From assembly GCF_009914755.1 (NCBI RefSeq), contig NC_060939.1: a stretch of 64,000 nt of DNA; one strand, given 5' to 3'. Positions within the stretch are counted from its first letter, which is position 1, and every line of letters starts with the position of its first letter. This DNA is from the human T2T-CHM13v2.0 reference genome, Homo sapiens. The notes under the pieces are model-generated. The model worked only from the letters and a program-made list of their open reading frames with translations, was not told the DNA's origin and did no database searches. Made by a program: the position numbers and the translations under genes. This document shows positions 14,701 to 30,200 of the stretch, piece by piece.

Positions 14701-17700
14701 CCATTCCATTTGATGCCATTCCATTCAATTCTGTTCTACTCGACTCCAATACATTCAATTCCATTCCATCCGATTCCATTACATTCTTTTCATTTCTTAT
14801 CCATTTCAAGCCATTCCACTCCATTCCATTCCACTCGTTTCCTTTCCATTCGAGTCCATTCCTCTCCAGTCCATTCCGTTCAATCCATTCCATTCCAGTC
14901 CATTCCATTCGAGTCCGTTCCATTCCAGTCCATTCCATTCGAGTCAATTCCATTCCATTCGATGTCTTTCCATAACGATCCATTCCATTCTATTCCTTTC
15001 GATTCCATTCCATTCTATTTCATTCCATTCGATTCCCTTCCATTGGACTCCTTTCCATTCGAGGGCATTCCATTCCGTTCCATTTCTTTCCGTTCTGTAC
15101 GATTCCTACCGTTCGATTTCATTTTGTTCCAGTCCATTCCTTTCGCGTCCATTCCATTCCATTTCACTCCATTCGATTCCATTCCATTCGATTCCATTCT
15201 ACTCGATTCCACTTCGTTCCATTTCATTGCATTCCATTCTATTCAACTCTATTGCCTTCCATTCCATTCCATTCGATTACATTCCATGCGATTCCATTCG
15301 AAATCGAATCAATTACATTGAAATTCATTACTATTTAGTCCGTTTTATTCCAGTCCACTGCATTCTGGTCCATTCCATTTGATTCCATTCCATTCTATTC
15401 CATTCCATACAGTTGCATTCCATTGGATTCCATGCTATATCTATAAATTCAATTCGAGACCATTGCTTTTGAGTCCATTCTATATGATTCCATTCCATTC
15501 AAGTCCATTACATTTGGTTCAATTCCATTCCATTCCATTCCCTTCCATTCCATTCCATTTGATATCAATCCATTCAATTCCATTCCATTCGAGCACATTC
15601 CATTCGAGTCCATTCCATTCGATGCCATTCCATTTGATTCTATTCCATTAGTCTCCATTCAATTCCATTAATCTCCATTCCATTCCATTCTACTCCAACT
15701 GATTCCATTCCATTCTATTCCTTTCCATTCCATTTCATTCCATTCCATTCCATTTCATTCCATTCCATTCCATTCGTGTCCATTCCACTCCAGTCCATTC
15801 CATTCGTGTCCATTCCATTCCAGTCCATTCCATTTGTGTCCACTGCATTCCATTCCACTCCATTCCATATTATTCCATTACACTCCATTCCATTCTATTA
15901 CATTCATTTCCATTCAATTCCATTCCATTTGATTCCATTCCACTCGGTTTCATTCCATTTGAGTCCACTCCATTCCATTCCATTCCATTCCATTCCATTC
16001 AGTTCCATTCCATTCTGTTCCATTCCATTCCATTCCATTCGGTACCATTCCATAGTGTTCCATTCGATTCCATTCGAATCCATTCCATTCCAGTCCTTTC
16101 CATTCGATTCCATTCCATTCATTTCAATTCCATTCCATTCCATTCCATTCCATTCCACTTGATTCCTCTCCATTCCCTTCCACTGCATTCCGTTCGATTC
16201 CATTCCATTGCATTGCATTCCATTCCATTGGATTGCATTCCATTCGATTCCATTCCATTCGAATCAATTACATAGCAATCCATTACATTCGAGTCTATTC
16301 TCTTCCGTTCCATTCGATTTCGTTCCAATCCATTCGATTCCATTCCATTCGATTCCATTCCATACTATTGCATTCCATTCGATTAAATTATATTCGAATA
16401 AGTTCCATTCAAGACCATTTCTTTTGAGTCCATTCTATTTGAGTCCATTCCCTTTGATTCCATAACATTTGAGTCCATTCAATTCCATTCCTTTCGTTTC
16501 CATTCCATTTGATGCCATTCCATTCAATTCTGTTCTACTCGACTCCAATACATTCAATTCCATTCCATCCAATTCCATTACATTCTTTTCATTTCTTATC
16601 CATTTCAAGCCATTCCACTCCATTCCATTCCACTCGTTTCCTTTCCATTCGAGTCCATTCCTGTCCAGTCCATTCCGTTCAATCCATTCCACTCCAGTCC
16701 ATTCCATTCGAGTCCGTTCCATTCCATTCGATGTCTTTCCATAACGATCCATTCCATTCTATTCCTTTCGATTCCATTCCATTCTATTTCATTCCATTCG
16801 ATTCCCTTCCATTGGACTCCTTTCCATTCGAGTGCATTCCATTCCGTTCCATTTCTTTCCATTCTGTACGATTCCTACCGTTCGATTTCATTTTGTTCCA
16901 GTCCATTCCTTTCGCGTCCATTCCATTCCATTTCACTCCATTCGATTCCATTCCACTCGATTCCACTTTGTTCCATTTCATTGCATTCCATTCTATTCAA
17001 CTCTATTGCCCTCCATTCCATTCCATTCGATTACATTCCATGCGATTCCATTCGAAATCGAATCAATTACATTGCAATCCATTACTATTGAGTCCGTTTT
17101 ATTCCAGTCCACTGCATTCTGGTCCATTCCATTTGATTCCATTCCATTCTATTCCATTCCATACAGTTGCATTCCATTGGATTCCATTCTATATCTATAA
17201 ATTCAATTCGAGACCATTGCTTTTGAGTCCATTCTATATGATTCCATTCCATTCAAGTCCATTACATTTGGTTCAATTCCATTCCATTCCATTCCCTTCC
17301 ATTCCATTCCATTTGATATCAATCCATTCGATTCCATTCCATTCGAGCACATTCCATTCGAGTCCATTCCATTCGATGCCATTCCATTTGATTCTATTCC
17401 ATTAGTCTCCATTCAATTCCATTAATCTCCATTCCATTCCATTCTACTCCAACTGATTCCATTCCATTCTATTCCTTTCCATTCCATTTCATTCCATTCC
17501 ATTCCATTTCATTCCATTCCATTCCATTCGTGTCCATTCCACTCCAGTCCATTCCATTCGTGTCCATTCCATTCCAGTCCATTCCATTTGTGTCCACTGC
17601 ATTCCATTCCACTCCATTCCATATTATTCCATTGCACTCCATTCCATTCTATTACTTTCATTTCCATTCAATTCCATTCCATTTGATTCCATTCCACTCG

Positions 17701-18232
17701 GTTTCATTCCATTTGAGTCCACTCCATTCCATTCCATTCCATTCCATTCAGTTCCATTCCATTCTGTTCCATTCCATTCCGTTCCATTACATTCCATTCC
17801 ATTCGGTACCATTCCATATTGTTCCATTCGATTCCATTCGAATCCATTCCATTCCAGTCCATTCCATTCGATTCCATTCCATTCATTTCAATTCCATTCC
17901 ATTCCATTCCATTCCATTCCAATTGATTCCTCTCCATTCCCTTCCACTGCATTCCGTTCGATTCCATTCCATTGCATTGCATTCCATTCCATTGGATTGC
18001 ATTCCATTCGATTCCATTCCATTCGAATCAATTACATAGCAATCCATTACATTCGAGTCTATTCTCTTCCGTTCCATTCGATTTCGTTCCAATCCATTCG
18101 ATTCCATTCCATTCGATTCCATTCCATACTATTGCATTCCATTCGATTACATTATATTCGAATAAGTTCCATTCAAGACCATTTCTTTTGAGTCCATTCT
18201 ATTTGAGTCCATTCCCTTTGATTCCATAACAT
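5740..18232 (+). repeat. 7-unit haplotype block U4-U10 (copy 1)
   Basis: An ordered set of diagnostic indels and SNPs (+15 with GAAATTC, -30, CCATCCC with -20, CATTCCTTTCC, then +15 with GAAATTC and -30 again) recurs at 39753-52195. Confidence 0.8.
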
Positions 18233-21200
18233 TTGAGTCCATTCAATTCCATTCCTTTCGTTTCCATTCCATTTGATGCCATTCCATTCAATTCTGTTCT
18301 ACTCGACTCCAATACATTCAATTCCATTCCATCCGATTCCATTACATTCTTTTCATTTCTTATCCATTTCAAGCCATTCCACTCCATTCCATTCCACTCG
18401 TTTCCTTTCCATTCGAGTCCATTCCTCTCCAGTCCATTCCGTTCAATCCATTCCATTCCAGTCCATTCCATTCGAGTCCGTTCCATTCCAGTCCATTCCA
18501 TTCGAGTCAATTCCATTCCATTCGATGTCTTTCCATAACGATCCATTCCATTCTATTCCTTTCGATTCCATTCCATTCTATTTCATTCCATTCGATTCCC
18601 TTCCATTGGACTCCTTTCCATTCGAGTGCATTCCATTCCGTTCCATTTCTTTCCGTTCTGTACGATTCCTACCGTTCGATTTCATTTTGTTCCAGTCCAT
18701 TCCTTTCGCGTCCATTCCATTCCATTTCACTCCATTCGATTCCATTCCACTCGATTCCACTTCGTTCCATTTCATTGCATTCCATTCTATTCAACTCTAT
18801 TGCCTTCCATTCCATTCCATTCGATTACATTCCATGCGATTCCATTCGAAATCGAATCAATTACATTGCAATCCATTACTATTGAGTCCGTTTTATTCCA
18901 GTCCACTGCATTCTGGTCCATTCCATTTGATTCCATTCCATTCTATTCCATTCCATACAGTTGCATTCCATTGGATTCCATGCTATATCTATAAATTCAA
19001 TTCGAGACCATTGCTTTTGAGTCCATTCTATATGATTCCATTCCATTCAAGTCCATTACATTTGGTTCAATTCCATTCCATTCCATTCCCTTCCATTCCA
19101 TTCCATTTGATATCAATCCATTCGATTCCATTCCATTCGAGCACATTCCATTCGAGTCCATTCCATTCAATGCCATTCCATTTGATTCTATTCCATTAGT
19201 CTCCATTCAATTCCATTAATCTCCATTCCATTCCATTCTACTCCAACTGATTCCATTCCATTCTATTCCTTTCCATTCCATTTCATTCCATTCCATTCCA
19301 TTTCATTCCATTCCATTCCATTCGTGTCCATTCCACTCCAGTCCATTCCATTCGTGTCCATTCCATTCCAGTCCATTCCATTTGTGTCCACTGCATTCCA
19401 TTCCACTCCATTCCATATTATTCCATTACACTCCATTCCATTCTATTACTTTCATTTCCCTTCAATTCCATTCCATTTGTTTCCATTCCACTCGGTTTCA
19501 TTCCATTTGAGTCCACTCCATTCCATTCCATTGCATTCCATTCAGTTCCATTCCATTCTGTTCCATTCCATTCCGTTCCATTACATTCCATTCCATTCGG
19601 TACCATTCCATATTGTTCCATTCGATTCCATTCGAATCCATTCCATTCCAGTCCATTCCATTCGATTCCATTCCATTCATTTCAATTCCATTCCATTCCA
19701 TTCCATTCCATTCCACTTGATTCCTCTCCATTCCCTTCCACTGCATTCCGTTCGATTCCATTCCATTGCATTGCATTCCATTCCATTGGATTGCATTCCA
19801 TTCGATTCCATTCCATTCGAATCAATTACATAGCAATCCATTACATTCGAGTCTATTCTCTTCCGTTCCATTCGATTTCGTTCCAATCCATTCGATTCCA
19901 TTCCATTCGATTCCATTCCATACTATTGCATTCCATTCGATTACATTATATTCGAATAAGTTCCATTCAAGACCATTTCTTTTGAGTCCATTCTATTTGA
20001 GTCCATTCCCTTTGATTCCATAACATTTGAGTCCATTCAATTCCATTCCTTTCGTTTCCATTCCATTTGATTCCATTCCATTCAATTCTGTTCTACTCGA
20101 CTCCAATACATTCAATTCCATTCCATCCGATTCCATTACATTCTTTTCATTTCTTATCCATTTCAAGCCATTCCACTCCATTCCATTCCACTCGTTTCCT
20201 TTCCATTCGAGTCCATTCCTCTCCAGTCCATTCCGTTCAATCCATTCCATTCCAGTCCATTCCATTCGAGTCCGTTCCATTCCAGTCCATTCCATTCGAG
20301 TCAATTCCATTCCATTCGATGTCTTTCCATAACGATCCATTCCATTCTATTCCTTTCGATTCCATTCCATTCTATTTCATTCCATTCGATTCCCTTCCAT
20401 TGGACTCCTTTCCATTCGAGTGCATTCCATTCCTTTCCATTTCTTTCCGTTCTGTACGATTCCTACCGTTCGATTTCATTTTGTTCCAGTCCATTCCTTT
20501 CGCGTCCATTCCATTCCATTTCACTCCATTCGATTCCATTCCACTCGATTCCACTTCGTTCCATTTCATTGCATTCCATTCTATTCAACTCTATTGCCTT
20601 CCATTCCATTCCATTCGATTACATTCCATGCGATTCCATTCGAAATCGAATCAATTACATTGCAATCCATTACTATTGAGTCCGTTTTATTCCAGTCCAC
20701 TGCATTCTGGTCCATTCCATTTGATTCCATTCCATTCTATTCCATTCCATACAGTTGCATTCCATTGGATTCCATGCTATATCTATAATTTCAATTCGAG
20801 ACCATTGCTTTTGAGTCCATTCTATATGATTCCATTCCATTCAAGTCCATTACATTTGGTTCAATTCCATTCCATTCCATTCCTTCCATTCCATTCCATT
20901 TGATATCAATCCATTCGATTCCATTCCATTCGAGCACATTCCATTCGAGTCCATTCCATTCGATGCCATTCCATTTGATTCTATTCCATTAGTCTCCATT
21001 CAATTCCATTAATCTCCATTCCATTCCATTCCATTCTACTCCAACTGATTCCATTCCATTCTATTCCTTTCCATTCCATTTCATTCCATTCCATTCCATT
21101 TCATTCCATTCCATTCCATTCGTGTCCATTCCACTCCAGTCCATTCCATTCGTGTCCATTCCATTCCAGTCCATTCCATTTGTGTCCACTGCATTCCATT

Positions 21201-24200
21201 CCACTCCATTCCATATTATTCCATTACACTCCATTCCATTCTATTACTTTCATTTCCATTCAATTCCATTCCATTTGATTCCATTCCACTCGGTTTCATT
21301 CCATTTGAGTCCACTCCATTCCATTCCATTCCATTCCATTCAGTTCCATTCCATTCTGTTCCATTCCATTCCGTTCCATTACATTCCATTCCATTCGGTA
21401 CCATTCCATATTGTTCCATTCGATTCCATTCGAATCCATTCCATTCCAGTCCATTCCATTCGATTCCATTCCATTCATTTCAATTCAATTCCATTCCATT
21501 CCATTACATTCCACTTGATTCCTCTCCATTCCCTTCCACTGCATTCCGTTCGATTCCATTCCATTGCATTGCATTCCATTCCATTGGATTGCATTCCATT
21601 CGATTCCATTCCATTCGAATCAATTACATAGCAATCCATTACATTCGAGTCTATTCTCTTCCGTTCCATTCGATTTCGTTCCAATCCATTCGATTCCATT
21701 CCATTCGATTCCATTCCATACTATTGCATTCCATTCGATTACATTATATTCGAATAAGTTCCATTCAAGACCATTTCTTTTGAGTCCATTCTATTTGAGT
21801 CCATTCCCTTTGATTCCATAACATTTGAGTCCATTCAATTCCATTCCTTTCGTTTCCATTCCATTTGATGCCATTCCATTCAATTCTGTTCTACTCGACT
21901 CCAATACATTCAATTCCATTCCATCCGATTCCATTACATTCTTTTCATTTCTTATCCATTTCAAGCCATTCCACTCCATTCCATTCCACTCGTTTCCTTT
22001 CCATTCGAGTCCATTCCTCTCCAGTCCATTCCGTTCAATCCATTCCATTCCAGTCCATTCCATTCGAGTCCGTTCCATTCCAGTCCATTCCATTCGAGTC
22101 AATTCCATTCCATTCGATGTCTTTCCATAACGATCCATACCATTCTATTCCTTTCGATTCCATTCCATTCTATTTCATTCCATTCGATTCCCTTCCATTG
22201 GACTCCTTTCCATTCGAGTGCATTCCATTCCTTTCCATTTCTTTCCGTTCTGTACGATTCCTACCGTTCGATTTCATTTTGTTCCAGTCCATTCCTTTCG
22301 CGTCCATTCCATTCCATTTCACTCCATTCGATTCCATTCCACTCCATTCCACTTCGTTCCATTTCATTGCATTCCATTCTATTCAACTCTATTGCCTTCC
22401 ATTCCATTCCATTCGATTACATTCCATGCGATTCCATTCGAAATCGAATCAATTACATTGCAATCCATTACTATTGAGTCCGTTTTATTCCAGTCCACTG
22501 CATTCTGGTCCATTCCATTTGATTCCATTCCATTCTATTCCATTCCATACAGTTGCATTCCATTGGATTCCATGCTATATCTATAAATTCAATTCGAGAC
22601 CATTGCTTTTGAGTCCATTCTATATGATTCCATTCCATTCAAGTCCATTACATTTGGTTCCATTCCATTCCATTCCATTCCCTTCCATTCCATTCCAGTT
22701 GATATCAATCCTTTCGATTCCATTCCATTCGAGCACATTCCATTCGAGTCCATTCCATTCGATGCCATTCCATTTGATTCTATTCCATTAGTCTCCATTC
22801 AATTCCATTAATCTCCATTCCATTCCATTCTACTCCAACTGATTCCATTCCATTCTATTCCTTTCCATTCCATTTCATTCCATTCCATTCCATTTCATTC
22901 CATTCCATTCCATTCGTGTCCATTCCACTCCAGTCCATTCCATTCGTGTCCATTCCATTCCAGTCCATTCCATTTGTGTCCACTGCATTCCATTCCACTC
23001 CATTCCATATTATTCCATTACACTCCATTCCATTCTATTACTTTCATTTCCATTCAATTCCATTCCATTTGATTCCATTCCACTCGGTTTCATTCCATTT
23101 GAGTCCACTCCATTCCATTCCATTCCATTCCATTCAGTTCCATTCCATTCTGTTCCATTCCATTCCGTTCCATTACATTCCATTCCATTCGGTACCATTC
23201 CATATTGTTCCATTCGATTCCATTCGAATCCATTCCATTCCAGTCCATTCCATTCGATTCCATTCCATTCATTTCAATTCCATTCCATTCCATTCCATTA
23301 CATTCCACTTGATTCCTCTCCATTCCCTTCCACTGCATTCCGTTCGATTCCATTCCATTGCATTGCATTCCATTCCATTGGATTGCATTCCATTCGATTC
23401 CATTCCATTCGAATCAATTACATAGCAATCCATTACATTCGAGTCTATTCTCTTCCGTTCCATTCGATTTCGTTCCAATCCATTCGATTCCATTCCATTC
23501 GATTCCATTCCATACTATTGCATTCCATTCGATTACATTATATTCGAATAAGTTCCATTCAAGACCATTTCTTTTGAGTCCATTCTATTTGAGTCCATTC
23601 CCTTTGATTCCATAACATTTGAGTCCATTCAATTCCATTCCTTTCGTTTCCATTCCATTTGATGCCATTCCATTCAATTCTGTTCTACTCGACTCCAATA
23701 CATTCAATTCCATTCCATCCGATTCCATTACATTCTTTTCATTTCTTATCCATTTCAAGCCATTCCACTCCATTCCATGCCACTCGTTTCCTTTCCATTC
23801 GAGTCCATTCCTCTCCAGTCCATTCCGTTCAATCCATTCCATTCCAGTCCATTCCATTCGAGTCCGTTCCATTCCAGTCCATTCCATTCGAGTCAATTCC
23901 ATTCCATTCGATGTCTTTCCATAACGATCCATTCCATTCTATTCCTTTCGATTCCATTCCATTCTATTTCATTCCATTCGATTCCCTTCCATTGGACTCC
24001 TTTCCATTCGAGTGCATTCCATTCCGTTCCATTTCTTTCCGTTCTGTACGATTCCTACCGTTCGATTTCATTTTGTTCCAGTCCATTCCTTTCGCGTCCA
24101 TTCCATTCCATTTCACTACATTCGATTCCATTCCATTCGATTCCATTCTACTCGATTCCACTTCGTTCCATTTCATTGCATTCCATTCTATTCAACTCTA

Positions 24201-27200
24201 TTGCCTTCCATTCCATTCCATTCGATTACATTCCATGCGATTCCATTAGAAATCGAATCAATTACATTGCAATCCATTACTATTGAGTCCGTTTTATTCC
24301 AGTCCACTGCATTCTGGTCCATTCCATTTGATTCCATTCCATTCTATTCCATTCCATGCAGTTGCATTCCATTGGATTCCATGCTATATCTATAAATTCA
24401 ATTCGAGACCATTGCTTTTGAGTCCATTCTATATGATTCCATTCCATTCAAGTCCATTACATTTGGTTCAATTCCATTCCATTCCATTCCCTTCCATTCC
24501 ATTCCATTTGATATCAATCCATTCGATTCCATTGCATTCGAGCACATTCCATTCGAGTCCATTCCATTCGATGCCATTCCATTTGATTCTATTCCATTAG
24601 TCTCCATTCAATTCCATTAATCTCCATTCCATTCCATTCTACTCCAACTGATTCCATTCCATTCTATTCCTTTCCATTCCATTTCATTCCATTCCATTCC
24701 ATTTCATTCCATTCCATTCCATTCGTGTCCATTCCACTCCAGTCCATTCCATTCGTGTCCATTCCATTCCAGTCCATTCCATTTGTGTCCACTGCATTCC
24801 ATTCCACTCCATTCCATATTATTCCATTACACTCCATTCCATTCTATTACTTTCATTTCCATTCAATTCCATTCCATTTGATTCCATTCCACTCGGTTTC
24901 ATTCCATTTGAGTCCACTCCATTCCATTCCATTCCATTCCATTCAGTTCCATTCCATTCTGTTCCATTCCATTCCGTTCCATTACATTCCATTCCATTCG
25001 GTACCATTCCATATTGTTCCATTCGATTCCATTCGAATCCATTCCATTCCAGTCCATTCCATTCGATTCCATTCCATTCATTTCAATTCCATTCCATTCC
25101 ATTCCATTCCATTCCACTTGATTCCTCTCCATTCCCTTCCACTGCATTCCTTTCGATTCCATTCCATTGCATTGCATTCCATTCCATTGGATTGCATTCC
25201 TTTCGATTCCATTCCATTCGAATCAATTACATAGCAATCCATTACATTCGAGTCTATTCTCTTCCGTTCCATTCGATTTCGTTCCAATCCATTCGATTCC
25301 ATTCCATTCGATTCCATTCCATACTATTGCATTCCATTCGATTACATTATATTCGAATAAGTTCCATTCAAGACCATTTCTTTTGAGTCCATTCTATTTG
25401 AGTCCATTCCCTTTGATTCCATAATATTTGAGTCCATTCAATTCCATTCCTTTCGTTTCCATTCCATTTGATGCCATTCCATTCAATTCTGTTCTACTCG
25501 ACTCCAATACATTCAATTCCATTCCATCCGATCCCATTACATTCTTTTCATTTCTTATCCATTTCAAGCCATTCCACTCCATTCCATTCCACTCGTTTCC
25601 TTTCCATTCGAGTCCATTCCTCTCCAGTCCATTCCGTTCAATCCATTCCATTCCAGTCCATTCCATTCGAGTCCGTTCCATTCCAGTCCATTCCATTCGA
25701 GTCAATTCCATTCCATTCGATGTCTTTCCATAACGATCCATTCCATTCTATTCCTTTCGATTCCATTCCATTCTATTTCATTCCATTCGATTCCCTTCCA
25801 TTGGACTCCTTTCCATTCGAGTGCATTCCATTCCGTTCCATTTCTTACCGTTCTGTACGATTCCTACCGTTCGATTTCATTTTGTTCCAGTCCATTCCTT
25901 TCGCGTCCATTCCATTCCATTTCACTCCATTCGATTCCATTCCACTCGATTCCACTTCGTTCCATTTCATTGCATTCCATTCTATTCAACTCTATTGCCT
26001 TCCATTCCATTCCATTCGATTACATTCCATGCGATTCCATTCGAAATCGAATCAATTACATTGCAATCCATTACTATTGAGTCCGTTTTATTCCAGTCCA
26101 CTGCATTCTGGTCCATTCCATTTGATTCCATTCCATTCTATTCCATTCCATACAGTTGCATTCCATTGGATTCCATGCTATATCTATAAATTCAATTCGA
26201 GACCATTGCTTTTGAGTCCATTCTATATGATTCCATTCCATTCAAGTCCATTACATTTGGTTCCATTCCATTCCATTCCATTCCCTTCCATTCCATTCCA
26301 TTTGATATCAATCCATTCGATTCCATTCCATTCGAGCACATTCCATTCGAGTCCATTCCATTCGATGCCATTCCATTTGATTCTATTCCATTAGTCTCCA
26401 TTCAATTCCATTAATCTCCATTCCATTCCATTCTACTCCAACTGATTCCATTCCATTCTATTCCTTTCCATTCCATTTCATTCCATTCCATTCCATTTCA
26501 TTCCATTCCATTCCATTCGTGTCCATTCCACTCCAGTCCATTCCATTCTTGTCCATTCCATTCCAGTCCATTCCATTTGTGTCCACTGCATTCCATTCCA
26601 CTCCATTCCATATTATTCCATTACACTCCATTCCATTCTATTACTTTCATTTCCATTCAATTCCATTCCATTTGATTCCATTCCACTCGGTTTCATTCCA
26701 TTTGAGTCCACTCCATTCCATTCCATTCCATTCCATTCAGTTCCATTCCATTCTGTTCCATTCCATTCCGTTCCATTACATTCCATTCCATTCGGTACCA
26801 TTCCATATTGTTCCATTCGATTCCATTCGAATCCATTCCATTCCAGTCCATTCCATTCGATTCCATTCCATTCATTTCAATTCCATTCCATTCCATTCCA
26901 TTACATTCCACTTGATTCCTCTCCATTCCCTTCCACTGCATTCCGTTCGATTCCATTCCATTGCATTGCATTCCATTCCATTGGATTGCATTCCATTCGA
27001 TTCCATTCCATTCGAATCAATTACATAGCAATCCATTACATTCGAGTCTATTCTCTTCCGTTCCATTCGATTTCGTTCCAATCCATTCGATTCCATTCCA
27101 TTCGATTCCATTCCATACTATTGCATTCCATTCGATTACATTATATTCGAATAAGTTCCATTCAAGACCATTTCTTTTGAGTCCATTCTATTTGAGTCCA

Positions 27201-30200
27201 TTCCCTTTGATTCCATAACATTTGAGTCCATTCAATTCCATTCCTTTCGTTTCCATTCCATTTGATGCCATTCCATTCAATTCTGTTCTACTCGACTCCA
27301 ATACATTCAATTCCATTCCATCCGATTCCATTACATTCTTTTCATTTCTTATCCATTTCAAGCCATTCCACTCCATTCCATTCCACTCGTTTCCTTTCCA
27401 TTCGAGTCCATTCCTCTCCAGTCCATTCCGTTCAATCCATTCCATTCCAGTCCATTCCATTCGAGTCCGTTCCATTCCAGTCCATTCCATTCGAGTCAAT
27501 TCCATTCCATTCGATGTCTTTCCATAACGATCCATTCCATTCTATTCCTTTCGATTCCATTCCATTCTATTTCATTCCATTCGATTCCCTTCCATTGGAC
27601 TCCTTTCCATTCGAGTGCATTCCATTCCGTTCCATTTCTTTCCGTTCTGTACGATTCCTACCGTTCGATTTCATTTTGTTCCAGTCCATTCCTTTCGCGT
27701 CCATTCCATTCCATTTCACTCCATTCGATTCCATTCCACTCGATTCCACTTCGTTCCATTTCATTGCATTCCATTCTATTCAACTCTAGCCTTCCATTCC
27801 ATTCCATTCGATTACATTCCATGCGATTCCATTCGAAATCGAATCAATTACATTGCAATCCATTACTATTGAGTCCGTTTTATTCCAGTCCACTGCATTC
27901 TGGTCCATTCCATTTGATTCCATTCCATTCTATTCCATTCCATACAGTTGCATTCCATTGGATTCCATGCTATATCTATAAATTCAATTCGAGACCATTG
28001 CTTTTGAGTCCATTCTATATGATTCCATTCCATTCAAGTCCATTACATTTGGTTCAATTCCATTCCATTCCATTCCCTTCCATTCCATTCCATTTGATAT
28101 CAATCCATTCGATTCCATTCCATTCGAGCACATTCCATTCGAGTCCATTCCATTCGATGCCATTCCATTTGATTCTATTCCATTAGTCTCCATTCAATTC
28201 CATTAATCTCCATTCCATTCCATTCTACTCCAACTGATTCCATTCCATTCTATTCCTTTCCATTCCATTTCATTCCATTCCATTCCATTTCATTCCATTC
28301 CATTCCATTCGTGTCCATTCCACTCCAGTCCATTCCATTCGTGTCCATTCCATTCCAGTCCATTCCATTTGTGTCCACTGCATTCCATTCCACTCCATTC
28401 CATATTATTCCATTACACTCCATTCCATTCTATTACTTTCATTTCCATTCAATTCCATTCCATTTGATTCCATTCCACTCGGTTTCATTCCATTTGAGTC
28501 CACTCCATTCCATTCCATTCCATTCCATTCAGTTCCATTCCATTCTGTTCCATTCCATTCCGTTCCATTACATTCCATTCCATTCGGTACCATTCCATAT
28601 TGTTCCATTCGATTCCATTCGAATCCATTCCATTCCAGTCCATTCCATTCGATTCCATTCCATTCATTTCAATTCCATTCCATTCCATTCCATTACATTC
28701 CACTTGATTCCTCTCCATTCCCTTCCACTGCATTCCGTTCGATTCCATTCCATTGCATTGCATTCCATTCCATTGGATTGCATTCCATTCGATTCCATTC
28801 CATTCGAATCAATTACATAGCAATCCATTACATTCGAGTCTATTCTCTTCCGTTCCATTCGATTTCGTTCCAATCCATTCGATTCCATTCCATTCGATTC
28901 CATTCCATACTATTGCATTCCATTCGATTACATTATATTCGAATAAGTTCCATTCAAGACCATTTCTTTTGAGTCCATTCTATTTGAGTCCATTCCCTTT
29001 GATTCCATAACATTTGAGTCCATTCAATTCCATTCCTTTCGTTTCCATTCCATTTGATGCCATTCCATTCAATTCTGTTCTACTCGACTCCAATACATTC
29101 AATTCCATTCCATCCGATTCCATTACATTCTTTTCATTTCTTATCCATTTCAAGCCATTCCACTCCATTCCATTCCACTCGTTTCCTTTCCATTCGAGTC
29201 CATTCCTCTCCAGTCCATTCCGTTCAATCCATTCCATTCCAGTCCATTCCATTCGAGTCCGTTCCATTCCAGTCCATTCCATTCGAGTCAATTCCATTCC
29301 ATTCGATGTCTTTCCATAACGATCCATTCCATTCTATTCCTTTCGATTCCATTCCATTCTATTTCATTCCATTCGATTCCCTTCCATTGGACTCCTTTCC
29401 ATTCGAGTGCATTCCATTCCGTTCCATTTCTTTCCGTTCTGTACGATTCCTACCGTTCGATTTCATTTTGTTCCAGTCCATTCCTTTCGCGTCCATTCCA
29501 TTCCATTTCACTCCATTCGATTCCATTCCATTCGATTCCATTCTACTCGATTCCACTTCGTTCCATTTCATTGCATTCCATTCTATTCAACTCTATTGCC
29601 TTCCATTCCATTCCATTCGATTACATTCCATGCGATTCCATTAGAAATCGAATCAATTACATTGCAATCCATTACTATTGAGTCCGTTTTATTCCAGTCC
29701 ACTGCATTCTGGTCCATTCCATTTGATTCCATTCCATTCTATTCCATTCCATGCAGTTGCATTCCATTGGATTCCATGCTATATCTATAAATTCAATTCG
29801 AGACCATTGCTTTTGAGTCCATTCTATATGATTCCATTCCATTCAAGTCCATTACATTTGGTTCAATTCCATTCCATTCCATTCCCTTCCATTCCATTCC
29901 ATTTGATATCAATCCATTCGATTCCATTCCATTCGAGCACATTCCATTCGAGTCCATTCCATTCGATGCCATTCCATTTGATTCTATTCCATTAGTCTCC
30001 ATTCAATTCCATTAATCTCCATTCCATTCCATTCTACTCCAACTGATTCCATTCCATTCTATTCCTTTCCATTCCATTTCATTCCATTCCATTCCATTTC
30101 ATTCCATTCCATTCCATTCGTGTCCATTCCACTCCAGTCCATTCCATTCGTGTCCATTCCATTCCAGTCCATTCCATTTGTGTCCACTGCATTCCATTCC

